From NCBI GenBank assembly GCA_046563655.1, contig CM102287.1, positions 10,292,001 through 10,356,000 of the forward strand: a stretch of DNA of 64,000 nt, read 5' to 3'. Positions 35,849 through 64,000 of the stretch are shown piece by piece; the first letter of the stretch is position 1, and each line of letters begins with the position of its first letter. The translations under genes were made by a program, and so were the position numbers. The DNA is from Yuukianura sp. NJ FZ-2021 (taxonomy: Eukaryota). The notes beneath the pieces were generated by a model. That model had not been told where the DNA came from. It worked only from the letters and a program-made list of their open reading frames with translations, and ran no database searches.

Positions 35849-38800
35849 ATGAGTGTTGAACTAAAAATGGTTGAGGAAGAGGAAACAGAGGTGGAGGAGA
35901 TAGGGGAAGGTCATCAGGAGTTGACGTTGTACATTCCCCCGCTGCCTGCCAGCCTCACAATTCCTGATGCCAACATCAGCTCACTCGTCACCAATACAGC
36001 CTTGGTCCAAGACTGTGAAAAACTTTGTGTCGTCTGGGAGGAAACTGCGCTCAAAATAGTCGATGAACTTCCAACGGTATGATCAACAGTTCAATTTTTT
36101 TCAAAATTTTGTTTTTCAAAACATGTTTGAATCAATCTTTTTTTTATTTCAGAAACCGAGGACATTTACTCCTCTAGGTGAGCTGGAGATGTGGCGAGAG
36201 CGTAACAATCGCTTAGCCTTTACTTATGACCAACTCCAGTCCAAGGAAGTCCGCAAAGTTGTGCTTTTGCTCAACGAAGCTCGATCTCCACTTGGCCCAA
36301 GTTTCGAATTCACAAAACAGGATGTGTACTGGAAACTGCAGGAAGCTAGAGACGTCACTCGCTTTCTCGGAACCATCGAACGACACTTCAAGGTCACTAA
36401 AAACTCAAAAACTCAAAAACTTCAAAATTTCAAAAAAGTTTCAAAATTGTCAATTTTTTGTATCCTAGACGCTGACATATTCGAACAATCTAAAGGAGAT
36501 GACGGGGTCACTGGGTCACATCATGGAGGGACTCCAGATGATCTGGATGCTATCTCGTCACTACAACAAAGACGAAAGGATGGGCACTCTTTTGCAGATG
36601 ATTGGGAAATTATTGTACGACAGAGTCACTTTCATCATCCACCCAAATGCTCTTTTTCTCAAAGATCCTCTTCAGGCACTTGACCTCTCCGATTCAGCTA
36701 AAACTCTTTTCGTGACCTGGATGACCTCTTATATGGAAACGAGACACAGAATTGAGCAGTCGGGCAGAGGAGCTCGGTGGGAATTTGATCGCACAAAACT
36801 CTTTACGAAAACTGACTACGCTGCTGTGATTGCTCAGCATTTATCGGAAATCGCTGTCGTTTTGCTCGAATTTACTAATTTCTTTGGCCCTGAAATTAAA
36901 GAGGTAAGAACTAAAAAATTTCATTTTTTAAAAGTAATTTTGACTCAAAATTTTTGAGTTGATCTGACCTTGACCTTTGTAATTTTTCCTGTTTTAGGTC
37001 ATTGGAGACGCCAGAAAAGTGGACGATGCTTTGAAAAACGCTTTTATGCTGGTGATGCCTTTTGTTGAAGTTGGTTTTGACCCGTTCCTGGCAGCCAATG
37101 GGAAGCAGTGGACTGATTTGTTGGATCAACTGCGCAAGGACGTCAGGATTCTGGAAGCGGAAGCTGCAAGTTTCATTGACGAAGCTTTCACGATGGTCAG
37201 ATCAGCCGAGTCAGCATTTGCTATGCTCATGAAGGTCAGAACAAATAAAAGTTTCAAAATTTGGAAAATTATGAAATGTTGTTTATTTTTTGAAACGTAG
37301 TTCAAGCATATTGAAACGAGGGATGGAATTCACAACAAGCTGATGAAAAAGTTTGAAGATACGCTCATGATCTACATCCAGGAAGTTCGGAATGTCAAGG
37401 AATTCTATGAAGTAAGATTTCGAATTTCGTAATTTTGAAAATTAGCAATTTAATTTTGTTTTTCGTTTTTTCCAGGCAAACAAAGAGTACCCAACGCTGT
37501 ACAAATACAATCCGCCGATTGCAGGTCGAATGTGGTGGGTTCGTGGGCTGTTTTACCACATCAAGAAAACGATTCTGACGTTTCGGTCTCAAAATGACGT
37601 GATTAGTACAGAAGTGGGGCAGTTGGTAAGGAAAAACTAAAAGTTAAGGTCACAGAGGTCACGAGGTCATTTGATTTTGTAGGCATGTGAAGAGTACTTG
37701 GCCCTGGCTCACGCCATGAAGAAGTACGAAGACGGTCTCTACGACTCTTTCTGTGAAGCTGCGCTCAAAGCAATTCCAGCCATTCGAAACAACATTCTCT
37801 GCAAAGTCCCCACCGGAAAAGAACGTAAACACAAAATACTTCCATTTCTATAACTTTTTTAGTTCACTTTATTCAAATATATTTCATTAAAATGTGTTTA
37901 ATTTTATTCACAAGTGACCAAGGACTTGGACATCAGCAAAGCCAAAGAAGTCTTCAAAGTCAATCGTGAGATTTTCCAAAAACTCAAACTTTTTAAAATA
38001 GTTTTGATAATTTTTATATTTTTATATTTTATATATTTATATTAATATATTTTGTGTTTAGTTCCTGCTGAAGTGATGGAAATGGTCCAGGAGTCGCAGA
38101 ATCTTGAGCAAATGGGCTACCGGATTTCAGAGACTGTGCGGAACATTGCATTTCAACGGACGCAGTACATCCGGAACTGCAGAAGACTCGAAGGGATTGT
38201 CAAGTTTTACTACGCTGTGAGGCGAAATCTCAGACCAGCAGAGGTACATCTTCAAAAATTCTAAAAAATTTTAAATTTTAGTTTTGAATATGCTTTTCAA
38301 AATTTTGTAACTTGGAGACTCTGCTGATGGAGAAAACAATCCGTGAAATGGAGAAGAACTTTGAGCATGGCGTCGTAAGACTCAACTGGACTGCTCTTGG
38401 GATTCCTGAATTTGCAACTAAACTGGCTGATTCCACACAACGCTTCCAGGCCTTGACGCTGCTGGTATTTTAAACATCAATTAAGTCAAATGCTGTTTCA
38501 AAATTTCATTTCAGGTTCTATCTTTTACCAACGTGCTGCAAAGTTATGCAAAAAACTTTAAAAAAAACTTGTTTCAAAAACTGAAAACGATAATTTCCGT
38601 TTCGCTTAAAACACTCAACTTTCAAACATTAAGGGTGCTAGTAACTTAATTGTTAATTAAGTTTAATAGGCACCTAATTTAGGCAGGTCTCGTCTTCCTT
38701 CCGTACATGTCTTGAAAACAAAGCTCTCAAATATTTTATTTTCAAAAATTGGAATGAGTTTTTATCATGTTTTGAAATGAATTTTTTTTTAACTTTCTTT

Positions 38801-41135
38801 ATTTTTTTTTTGAAAAGGTGAACAAAGTGGCGAAGGACGTTCGTGTTCGATTGTGGCTCATCAAAAATTCGAAACTGTTTTTGGAACCACCGTACAAAGA
38901 AGAAGTTCATGGAAAACTCACGATTCCAATTCTCGAATGCTGGGCAAGTTTTACTAATTGTCAGACTCAAAATTTCAAAAAGTTCAATTACTAATGAAAT
39001 TTTGTTTAAAATTTAGGATTTTTTCAAGTACTGGGAACGTTATCGACTGCGTGTGTACGACCATTTGTTGCTTCAGTTCAAAGCCCTTCCTCCGCTGTTT
39101 CTCAAACTGGAGAATTTGATTTACGGAACTTCGCTGGGGAACAGGAAGCAGTTTAGACCGTACTTTAGTGGATGGGAGAAGAGAATCTTCCTCTTCATGT
39201 CCAAGTTACACTCAAAACTGCTTTTTTAAAACATGTTCAAATAGTTCTGTTCTAAACTTTGTTGTTTTTCAAGGTTTATCATCCGGACATTGTACGATTT
39301 TGAAAAAAGACTCCTCGTTTATGAACCGCTGTTTGACATCACGGCGAGTCTCCAAGCGCCTGACATCCACTTGACCCCAACGCCACACGAAATCTACAAC
39401 ATGGTCATGGCTGGCACACGCGAATGTGTTTATGGGTTTAAAATTTTCTAAACAATTTTTAAAAACAACTTTTTAAAAACTTTTCTAAAAATATTTCTTC
39501 AAAATTCATGTTCTGTTTGTGTTTAGGACCAAGAATTTCGTCCGGTGGCTCCGTGGAACTTGTACAGAAGCCCCACCAGTTTCTGTTGGTGGGTTTGACA
39601 ACAACGGTGGGTTCATCTACTCTTATTACTTGGATGTAGGAAGATTGCCACGCATTCTGCAACTCATGATCAAAACACAAGAAACTGTCCAGACTCTCCT
39701 TCTTCGCATTTGGAACCACCTCAAAAAGTAACTAAAATTTAAAAAGTTGAAAATGAATTTTAAAAAGTTCAAAATATTTTAGAAACAATTTTGGTTAGGT
39801 ACCGAAAGTTTAAGAACTTGTGGAGATACAACAAGGAGAAGACAGTGGGAGGATTTGCCCAGAAGAATCCTTCAGTAGAAGAGTACGATGCAAAAATGGG
39901 ATTTTATCTGGACATTTCCAGCAGAGTGGAGGAACTGCCGAGTCATCGGCTGGAAGGAGCCATTCGCGTTAACATGGAACCTCTCCAGTCAGCCATTTGC
40001 AGACACTCGGCAGAGTGGATTGCTAAACTCGGCTCTGCTTTGGCCGCAAGCACAAAGGATCTCAGCGCTGATTTCGACAGAATCGTTGCAGTAAGCATCT
40101 TTTCAGATGACCTTTGACTTTTTTGTTTGACCTTTGACCTTGCATTTCTGAAAAATCTGTGATTTTTTGAAGGAATTTGAGCGAGATGTGGCCATCACTC
40201 CGCGATCGATGGAAGATCTCAAGAAACTGCTGGAGACTCTCAAGGTTGTTCAAGACTCGACGATTGAGATGGAGGGGAAATACGTGGATCTGAGGAACAG
40301 ATACGCCACGCTCCAGAGATACCACGTCGAGGTAAGTTGAAATTTCAGAAATTTCATTTGACCTTTGACCTTGACCTGAACTTTTTAGTTTGAAGAAGCT
40401 GAGATTCGGATTCTGGACGATATCTGGAAAAGATGGCAGCTTCTGTGGCTCCAGGAGGCCAAACTGATTCAGAAGCAGTTGGAACCAATCAAAGCCAGAT
40501 TCTCAAGAGTCACGATTGAACAGAGATACAAACTGAAGAGCGACTTATCAGTTTTTATGAAACATTTCTACGCAATTGGTACAATTATTCAGCATTTTAT
40601 GAAAAAGGAAAAAGTTTTAATGATTTTTCAGCTTTAGATTTTTCTCGTTGCAGGGCCCTTGGAAGGAGACTTGGAAAAAAGTTTCGAAGCCCTTTCAGTA
40701 AGTTCATAGTAATCATAATTTTTTTCTCTAGAAAACAATTAAATCTAACCGTCCTAATTTGAAAATGTGTGTTTTGTAGGAATTGATTGGTGAGTTCAAG
40801 GAACTGGAGAAGGCCAAGGAGGAGGTCACGTCGGCCGAAAAGGTCCTTGGAATGCCGGTGACCCAGTTTCCAGAACTGGTGGAATTGACGAAAGATGTGG
40901 TTGCCATGGAAGAACTGCTGGGAGAAGAGGCACTCAAACTGGCCCTTAAGGGCCCACGAAAAAGGGCGGACAAAAGAAGCAGAACCTTCGAATCGCCATC
41001 GGAACAGTAACTTACAATGTACTTCTAAAATACTTCCAGTTTCTAAGTGAATTCCTTTTTAGATTGGGTGCAAAGGAGACGAAGCAGCGTCACAAAGGAA
41101 AGAAGGGCAAGAAGGCTCAAAAATCTGGAAACTAA
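35849..41135 (+). CDS. DNAH10-like axonemal dynein heavy chain, tail (DHC_N1 region) only, ending in a Lys-rich peptide
   Basis: PLGELEMWRER, LQMIWMLSRHYNKDERM, RWEFDRTKLF, PPIAGRMWWVRGL, RLNWTALGI, TKNFVRWLRGTC. Frame is open across all junctions traced; stop at 41135 (or 41010 if the last intron is retained). No AAA domains follow. Confidence 0.8.
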
Positions 41136-41533
41136 TCATGAGACACATCGAAGCTTAAAAACCGAAGTACAACTTCTAAGTCTTTGGATACACTGAATGT
41201 TGTACGTTTACTCTAATCAATGCATAAAATACAAACTGAACATGATTCTTAGTTGTAAACACTTAGTGACACATGTACTTTAGAATGTTAGGTTAATCAC
41301 ATCTTATGGTTAGTGATACTGTTAGTGTTACCACGGATACTGAACGTTGACGAGACGATTTTTAGCACACACGAGGTTAATACATGGAACAAGTTGAGGT
41401 AAGGGACTCGTGACGATTTGGCAACTAAGACTCTCCTTCGTTGACCTTATTTGTGATGATTTATGGCAATTAGTTGATGTAGTTCGTAGTTTTGTCGATT
41501 TATTTCGTAGTTGTGTCGTTTTGAACTTGGATT

Positions 41534-41865
41534 TCATGGAGTCCAGCCTCCCTTTGACCTCATCTGAGCCTGTAATTCCAGAATGGAGTCTTCTCCAGAG
41601 TCCACGTCCGATGACCCCAGATGGGCCATGTGTCTGAAACTACTTGGATCTGGTCCACTGATCATCGAAGCATCCAGCTTCTTCCGCACTCCATTTCTCT
41701 GCTTAAACAAATTCCAACATTAATCACAGTTAAGTTAATTATGTAATTTAGTTAAATAATTAGTTAGTAAGGCAGCTGTTGGCCACTGACCTGGAGATGG
41801 GTGGGGTTATCCGTGTTTCCTTTGAGGGCACAGCAACTGAACAGTTGAAAGATGTCTGATGTCAT
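41534..41865 (-). CDS. CDC42SE: CDC42 small effector protein (SPEC family, CRIB motif), 2 coding exons
   Basis: MTSDIFQLFSCC..HLQ | ..RKKLDASMISGPDPSSFRHMAHLGS..LQAQMRSKGG; N-terminal CC, CRIB motif and QMxSKGG end. Intron about 41790-41702. Confidence 0.85.
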
Positions 41866-42768
41866 GATTCCTGCAGAATTGTTGTCTCCAGCTGCTGGCG
41901 ACATGACCTTTGACCTCTCCTGTGTTTTGAAAGCTGCGTTTGTTCTTAGCCGACCGCTAAAAACTGATTCCAGTATTGTACAAGTAATCACAGACAAAAG
42001 AACATTTTTGAAACTAAACTCCCAGATTACTGCTTACTCATCTCAGGAACAAGTGAAACCTAATGTTAATTTGAAAGTTAATAACTGTTCAATTAAGATA
42101 ATTGAGATTAGCCTAATCAATCAATTTTCAACTCTTATCTAGTACAAACTTTACTCCTATGCCTTAAACTACAGTACCACCTAAATTTCAAAGTTTCACT
42201 TTTTCTTGCAAAATTTTAAACTTTTGACTGGAATGAATAATGCAAAAGTTTTATGAATCCAATCTGAAAATAGATTGAAAAGAGAGAAAGAAAAAGAGAG
42301 AAGATCCCGTTGTATTTCCCTTATTTTGTTTATCCTTCCTTGCGCACTTTGGCAAAAAAATCACACATTTTGGCACAGATAAGAACATCAGCTGAGTACA
42401 GGTTGACGTCATTATGCAAACTCACAAAAAATCGCAAAAATCATAAAGTTCATTCATAAAAATCATCAACAAAACGATTTTTGTACATTCGGATTGATTT
42501 GCGTTTAATTTAAACTAAAATTTAAAATTTGTTAATTTAACATGAAGATTTGAATGACTCGATAAATTTAAAACACCCCTCGATAGTTACTTTAAAACGC
42601 TTGAAATCCGTCGTTAAAATGATTATATTATAAAAATATATTAAAAAGTGGATCAGCTGCAATGCAATCAACTAGGGAAGACAAATGAATTAGCAATTAT
42701 TCATATTTGCTAACATAGGCCAGGCTACTGAAGCTTATCACTCAAACGTTCTTCCACTCGTAACAGTT

Positions 42769-45700
42769 TCAAGGAAGTTTCGGTTCGGAGAGAGAAATGA
42801 AGGGAACTTGTTTGGCATACGTTTTGAGCGCATCGAGGAACACGCCCTTTTCTCTTTCCGTTTCAAAAGTCAAGTCCCACTTGACCAAGATGCTGTCCAG
42901 TTGAAAGACGAGGCGGACAAAGGTCACATGTGCTTCCATGCACTCCTGAAACAAACACCACTTTAGTATCAACATGAATCAATCAATTTAGCATTTTCAT
43001 AAGAATCCACTCACAACTTGTCTCAATTTGACCAGTTCTCGAACGTGTTTGACACTGACAGACTCCGAAGATCGATTGACGAGGCATGACAGATCTGCGA
43101 CTAGAATCAACTCTTCATTCGTCAGCACCACAGCAGACAACGTGTACAACTTGTCTAAAAGTCAAGTAAAAAAGTGAGAAAATTAAACTTTTCAATATTT
43201 AGCAGCTAAAAGTTATAACTCTAATTTTTGTTCACAATTTTGAAAAGTTACCGTTCCCCTGAGTGTTTCGACAAGATGCTTTGCGAAGTATTCCAAAGTA
43301 GGCGATGGGATTGGTAGGACTCATGAGGGCCTTTTGCGTCTGACTAAAATCTTGAACCAACGGAGGAATCTCAAACTCTCCACAGATTTCATCTGGAATC
43401 AGACATCATAAAATCAAAGTAAAACACCAAGTAATTGATAAGTAATTGAGTAATTGAATTACTGAGGAAGCATTCAGTGAAAGACGAAGTTCGATCGGAG
43501 TCTCTGAAGATGAGTCCAAAGTAATTCCCTGAGAAATCCAGCCCCAGTCCATGTCGCCCAATCAGAACTTCCATCTTACTCAGCTTAGTCAACTCTAACT
43601 TCTTCCAAAACTGCAACCAACTCTCCACTTTGTCTCTGCAACAACACAATCAATCAATTAACTACTAAATTTACTAATTAATTAACTAAAGTAATTGATT
43701 GTTAGAAGTTCCTTACACTTCAGGTCCAATGATTTTGCAAAAGTAGACTTTCTTGTTTGAGAAAATGACGAGAGTCAAGTAGCTGCCCGTCAACCGCATA
43801 ACCGTCACCTTCAAAACACAAATCAAAACTTTAGTCAAAACTTGATTAAAACGTAATAGTAGATTAATCGATTACCGTAGACTACTAATTAGATTGTTAA
43901 TTACCTTGACCAGAGCAAGGAATCTCTCATCCTGATGCTTGAACAAGTTGAGGTCAAAGTGTAGCAGGAGTCGATGGTCCACTTGGTTGAATTTTTCGTA
44001 GTCATATTTGAATGGTTGCGACATTGGAGCAAAGGAAACTGAAGCTAAACTTGGATTGTTCTGTCCAGAAGATGCTGCCGTGATTGTCTTTTCATATTGC
44101 GTGCAGATACTGCCAGTACATGATCCTGAGGAAGTTGAATCTGTCATGGGAGGACCCAGAGTTTTAGTGGCAGCGTTGAAAGCGATTTCAGGTACATCCA
44201 GTTCCAGTGCTTCCTCTACCACAGCAACGTCACTCCCACTGCTACTCGTAGTCTTCGTAGGAAGTATTTCGATGCTGCTACTGTCATCGCAACTCAGCGT
44301 CTCAATGTCACTTTCCGACTTTGGGTCTTCTGAAATTACAAAAAATGATAAAAAGTTACAAAAACTGAAAATTTTGAAAAAGTACTTAAGTTTTGTTACT
44401 TTTTGCATTAGTTGAGTTAGAAGAGGGTTGAGAGGAGAGGGAGTTCGGAGGAACAGGAAGCAGATCCGAAAACTTGGATTCTGTTGGCAGCGATTTCCCA
44501 CCATAAAATACCCCAAACAAACCTTCAACACAAAATTAGTCAAAAAACCCAATTAGTAATTAAATTCAAACCGTTTAGCAATACACAAACAATTTCAAAA
44601 TTTTAAAAAATTTCAAAATTCCAGACGAAAATTATTACCTCCAACTGAAACTGGACTGGACGTTCTCTGTGGCATCCAACCTTTGATAGGAACTGTTACT
44701 GGTGGACTTCGAGCCATTTGAGGACCAGGAATGCTGGATGCTGGTCCAGCATCCATCGGGATCAGCAGTTCACTTTGACATGCTGGATTGGGACACATCG
44801 GCACTTCAATCACATTTTTCCCACCCCCAACTACTTTCTTGTTCGCCATGCCTCTAGAAAACGCCCAGTCACACTTCGCACATTGAAATCCCTCTCCAAA
44901 TTCCTGGAGAGTTCTCGCCTGGAGAAAAGTGTTGACCTTGTCCTGGAACCTCCTGAAATCCTGGAGTGGCATCACACAGTACTTCCGTTGAAGATGTTTC
45001 CTCCTTGTGTCAAACGTCATTTCAAACTGGACAGACTCTGTTTCTTCATATCTCTTCTCCTCTCGCAGCGATTCCAGCGATTTGAGATCCCATTTGTACA
45101 AAATGGAATTTGGACTTTCAGAGTCCAATTGGTAAAGGAAGTTGTCCAGAATTACCATGCAATAAGGTACGCCTTTCTCAAACGTTCTGAAACGTTCGCC
45201 CTTCCCTCCAGGATCCAAGAATTCTTCGAGCTGATTCAGCGATTCTGAGGGAGAAGAATCGAGTGAGTGTGAAATGGATTCACTTTGACAGGGGTAAAAC
45301 ACTGTCCCATCGCTGGACGAAGTTGTGAAGTCCTCTTCTAGGGGTTTGATAGACTCCTCGTCATCTGAAGGGGTCCTTGGAGGCGCTTCAAGAGTTGAAT
45401 TTGCATGTGGATTGCTCAGTTCATAAAATAGCTGGGTTTCGGATAGGGCTGAGTAGAAAGAGGCATCTTTCGTTGTAAGCGGCAGCGATTTGGATTGATT
45501 CAGCGATTGCTTCGTCAGCGATAAATCATGTTTGGATTCCAAATTTAACAAAGTCTGGACGTCGGCTCCACCTTAATAATCAAACAAGAACGTTTAAAAA
45601 CGTTTTTTTCTCGCTGATTTTTTAAAGAAAACGTTTTTTTTTGTCGTTTTTTTACGCTTTGTAGAATTACCTTGTCGAAATAACCAATACTCCTCTCCAT

Positions 45701-47189
45701 ATTTTTCACGAATGGACTGCAGCGCTTCACTTGTGGCCTTGATCAGTTCATCTGACACTGGAGTTGGCAGCGGCGCTTCTTCGATGGAGCTGGAAGAACT
45801 ATCGCTTGACCCAGCGCTGCTTTTAGGTCGTCCTGACCTTGACCTTACAGTTGTCGGTGTTTGACCTTTCCCAGTTGAGCAATCGTCTGAATCCAGGATC
45901 ACAAGTTCTCTTATCTTTGCTTTCTTGCGACAGGCACTTCGGACAGAAGACGAAGAAGAGTCAAATGATGTCGTGAGGCTGCGAAGGTCCGAAAGTCGGT
46001 CATTGTGATGCCCCACAGTGAGAGTAGTGCTGATTGACAGTGCCTGGCGACATAAAAACGGCATTGGAGTGGTCGCTGGCGACGGACGAACGACAGCCTC
46101 CAGTCCTCTCCGTACTTCCGAAGGAGACAACTTCTTTTGATCCAGTACAAAAAGTTTGTTCTTGAGAACTGGGCGGCTCAAGTGGGAAGACACAAGTTTA
46201 CGGTAATTAGGTGAGTAAGTAATTGGATTCCCAATGAAAGCAACACTTTTCAGAGCGACTAATCGTCTGATGGGTTCGATTTCCCGATCGTCTGAGATGA
46301 CATTTTGTGACACATCTAACATCTCCAAAGATTCTGGCAAAGGATGACGACAGAGCAACGTCGGGATGTAATTATTAGAAAGCAGGAGAATCTTGAGATT
46401 GGGCGGAGTAGGAGGAACTGTAGTGAGTTGATTAAAGTTTAGATTGAGTACGGTCAGTGTCTGGAGAATTCTGGACAAAGTGGAGTCTATTCCAGTGATT
46501 CTGTTTCGGCTTAAGTTGAGTAGTTCCAGTGCTGGTGTAAACTGGAGCATAGAAGTATCGACTTGACTGATTCTGTTGAAAGAACAATCAATTTCATGCA
46601 GTTCTGGCCAAACTACGGCGACTGGAGAAGGTGAATTGGAAGATGTCATAGGTTGATCTGAAGTACAAAGTTGAAAGACTTCATCAATTGATTCAACATT
46701 GCGAGAACACTTGAGCCGCCGCAGTTTGGATCTCCTACGAGAGTTTAATCCAGTTATACAGTGGGGACGAACTTTACGAAGTTCCAGGAATTCCAGTGAC
46801 CGAAATCCACTGAGGTTCAAACTTCCTGGAGACAGTGGACAAGATTCTGTGAGAACAATGACGAGAGATGGAGTTTGTTCAAAGAAGTCTGCAAGGAAGA
46901 GCAACTGATCTTCATAATCTTGTATCATCGTCGTATCAGCTTCATGTAATCGATTACTTTGCGTTGTCAATTGATTGATGGCTTCAGAGATACTCCATAG
47001 CAGAGCAGAATCGATTACAAATGGGACTGATCGATCCAGGATTTTGTCACAGTTGGATTTTAGTTGCTTAGCCAGTTGTAGGATACTTTTGAGATGGGAG
47101 TCTGACTGGAATGACCCGAGTCTCGGACTCATTATGTCTGCTCTTGAACCACGACGTGAACTGGACGGTAACTTAAGGAGATTAGCCAT
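42769..47189 (-). CDS. STK11IP: Serine/threonine-protein kinase 11-interacting protein-like (LRR repeats, Zn-ribbon, PH-like C-terminus)
   Basis: LNLSGFRSLEFLELRKV, WPELHEIDCSFNRI, LRRs, GNPITYSPNYR, IREKYGEEYWL, FQCAKCDWAFS..CPNPACQSELL, VDHRLLLHFDLNLF. Large first exon 47189-45671. Confidence 0.85.
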
Positions 47190-48325
47190 TTCTGGTATGT
47201 TTTGCTCAATCAGCTGATCCCGTGATGATCACAGCGTGATCTCTGGTAATCTTCTGTTACTGCTTCTTGCTTAAGGTGACCCCTGACACGATTGACGACA
47301 CTGAAACGAATTCAACAAATATTAACTTGATAACTTTTCCATTTTCGACAATGAATGATAAGCGCAGCGTTGAAGTTTCAAGCATGCTGCACTTGCAATA
47401 AAAGTGTAACTTAACTTACCTTTCAAGCCAGCTTAGTTGAAAGTTAAGTAACGACGGATTTAAATGTGGACTAAATCCCACTTTACATCTCAGCAAATTA
47501 GTGCGGATTTGAGTTATTTTGCGTCGCGTTCTCATCCAGATTGCTCAGTTAACGAGACTAAAATAGTAAAAAGACAGTTAGAAATTAGAGTTAAGGCTGG
47601 AATGAAGTTGAATGACATCTCTAAAGAACCTGGAATTCTGCACGTAGCTTATGGGGATTAAGACACTGAACTTTAGGGGCAGTGTAGTATTCCACTTCCA
47701 AATATTTCCAATTAATCTATGACTAATCTTACCCTCTCTTTTCTTACTGCATCTAAACATGTAGTAATTGTATTGTAAGTGACCTTCTTAATCTCCACTT
47801 GTCTCCTCCAAAATCAACAACAACAGCTGTGTTGTGAACATTCAAAGGGAAATTCCACATGGAAAGATGCAACAGGGAAAGTGGAAACATACTCTCACAT
47901 GACCGCATTCCCCATAGATCTCAAGGATAAAAGATACATTCTATACAGATTTAAAATTAACTAATTATTAATTGCAATTGACAATCATAAACTAACATAC
48001 ACCTAACTCCGAACTTGTTTACAAAATCTCACACTCGACTCCAAAGTTTTCCCGGAGTTTAAGTAAAAGAGTGCGGACGTAGTGGAGAACAGAAAAGCGG
48101 GGAAAAATAGCGGGAAAATATTTTTGAAAATAATTTTGTCGGTTGGTGTAGAAGGTACTTCTACTACACACCACACTACCCCCGGTGTTTTTTTTTTAAA
48201 ATCATCCAATCACATTCATTCCTTTCCTTTTGTTTATCACACCGTCAGACACCGATAAGTTCCTCTGTTTACGTAAACACCAGTGTCAATTACTTAATTA
48301 ATTAAAGTTTCAATCAATTCAAATC

Positions 48326-48339
48326 GTTGTCATGGATAC
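48326..48339 (+). promoter_or_regulatory. RFX X-box upstream of the axonemal dynein gene
   Basis: GTTGTCATGGATAC, about 230 bp upstream of ATG 48569. Confidence 0.65.
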
Positions 48340-48568
48340 TCCAACCGTAGCAACAGGTGATTTGTCTTGTTTGTTGGTGATATCGATACATCCGGGTCCG
48401 CTTCTCACCTTTCTTCCTAGTTCATCAAAGGATCATCTTCGCTCATCGTCATCATTCGAACAAATAACGTTGTTTGTAAGACAGGTAATTTGTGCCTTTC
48501 CTTTGGTTGGAAGAGTAATCGATTGATCTGTTAAAACTTAATGGTAATACAAACGTAACACTAACAGG

Positions 48569-64000
<15,432 letters not shown>

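Noticed and set aside
48145..48170. Small hairpin gtagaag-gta-cttctac in the STK11IP/dynein divergent promoter
   Set aside because: A 7-bp stem is expected by chance in 64 kb.

Overview
This is gene-dense eukaryotic (animal) DNA with AT-rich, mostly 50-130 nt spliceosomal introns; an arthropod origin is plausible but only inferred. Tracing exons by hand gives about 15 genes in order: a frameshifted partial copy of the CATSPERG 3' end, two tandem CCDC81-like genes (-), SERGEF (-), INTS9 (+), a long CATSPERG-like gene with a Cys/Pro-rich insert (+), a four-TM protein (+), CHRAC1 (-), an EF-hand SCP/calexcitin-like gene (+), a CCDC60-like gene (+), INIP (+), METTL5 (+), a DNAH10-like gene encoding only the tail (+), CDC42SE (-), STK11IP (-), and an inner-arm dynein heavy chain (DNAH12/7-like, +) that runs off the window. 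Main points of interest are the open but motor-less dynein-tail gene, the modified CatSper-gamma and its duplicate, a 29-nt INIP-METTL5 spacer suggesting a dicistronic unit, convergent stop codons 1 nt apart, RFX X-boxes upstream of flagellar genes, and frequent GC donors and AAG/GAG acceptors. All identifications come from recalled family motifs, not database searches. No rRNA, tRNA, CRISPR or intact transposase was recognised.
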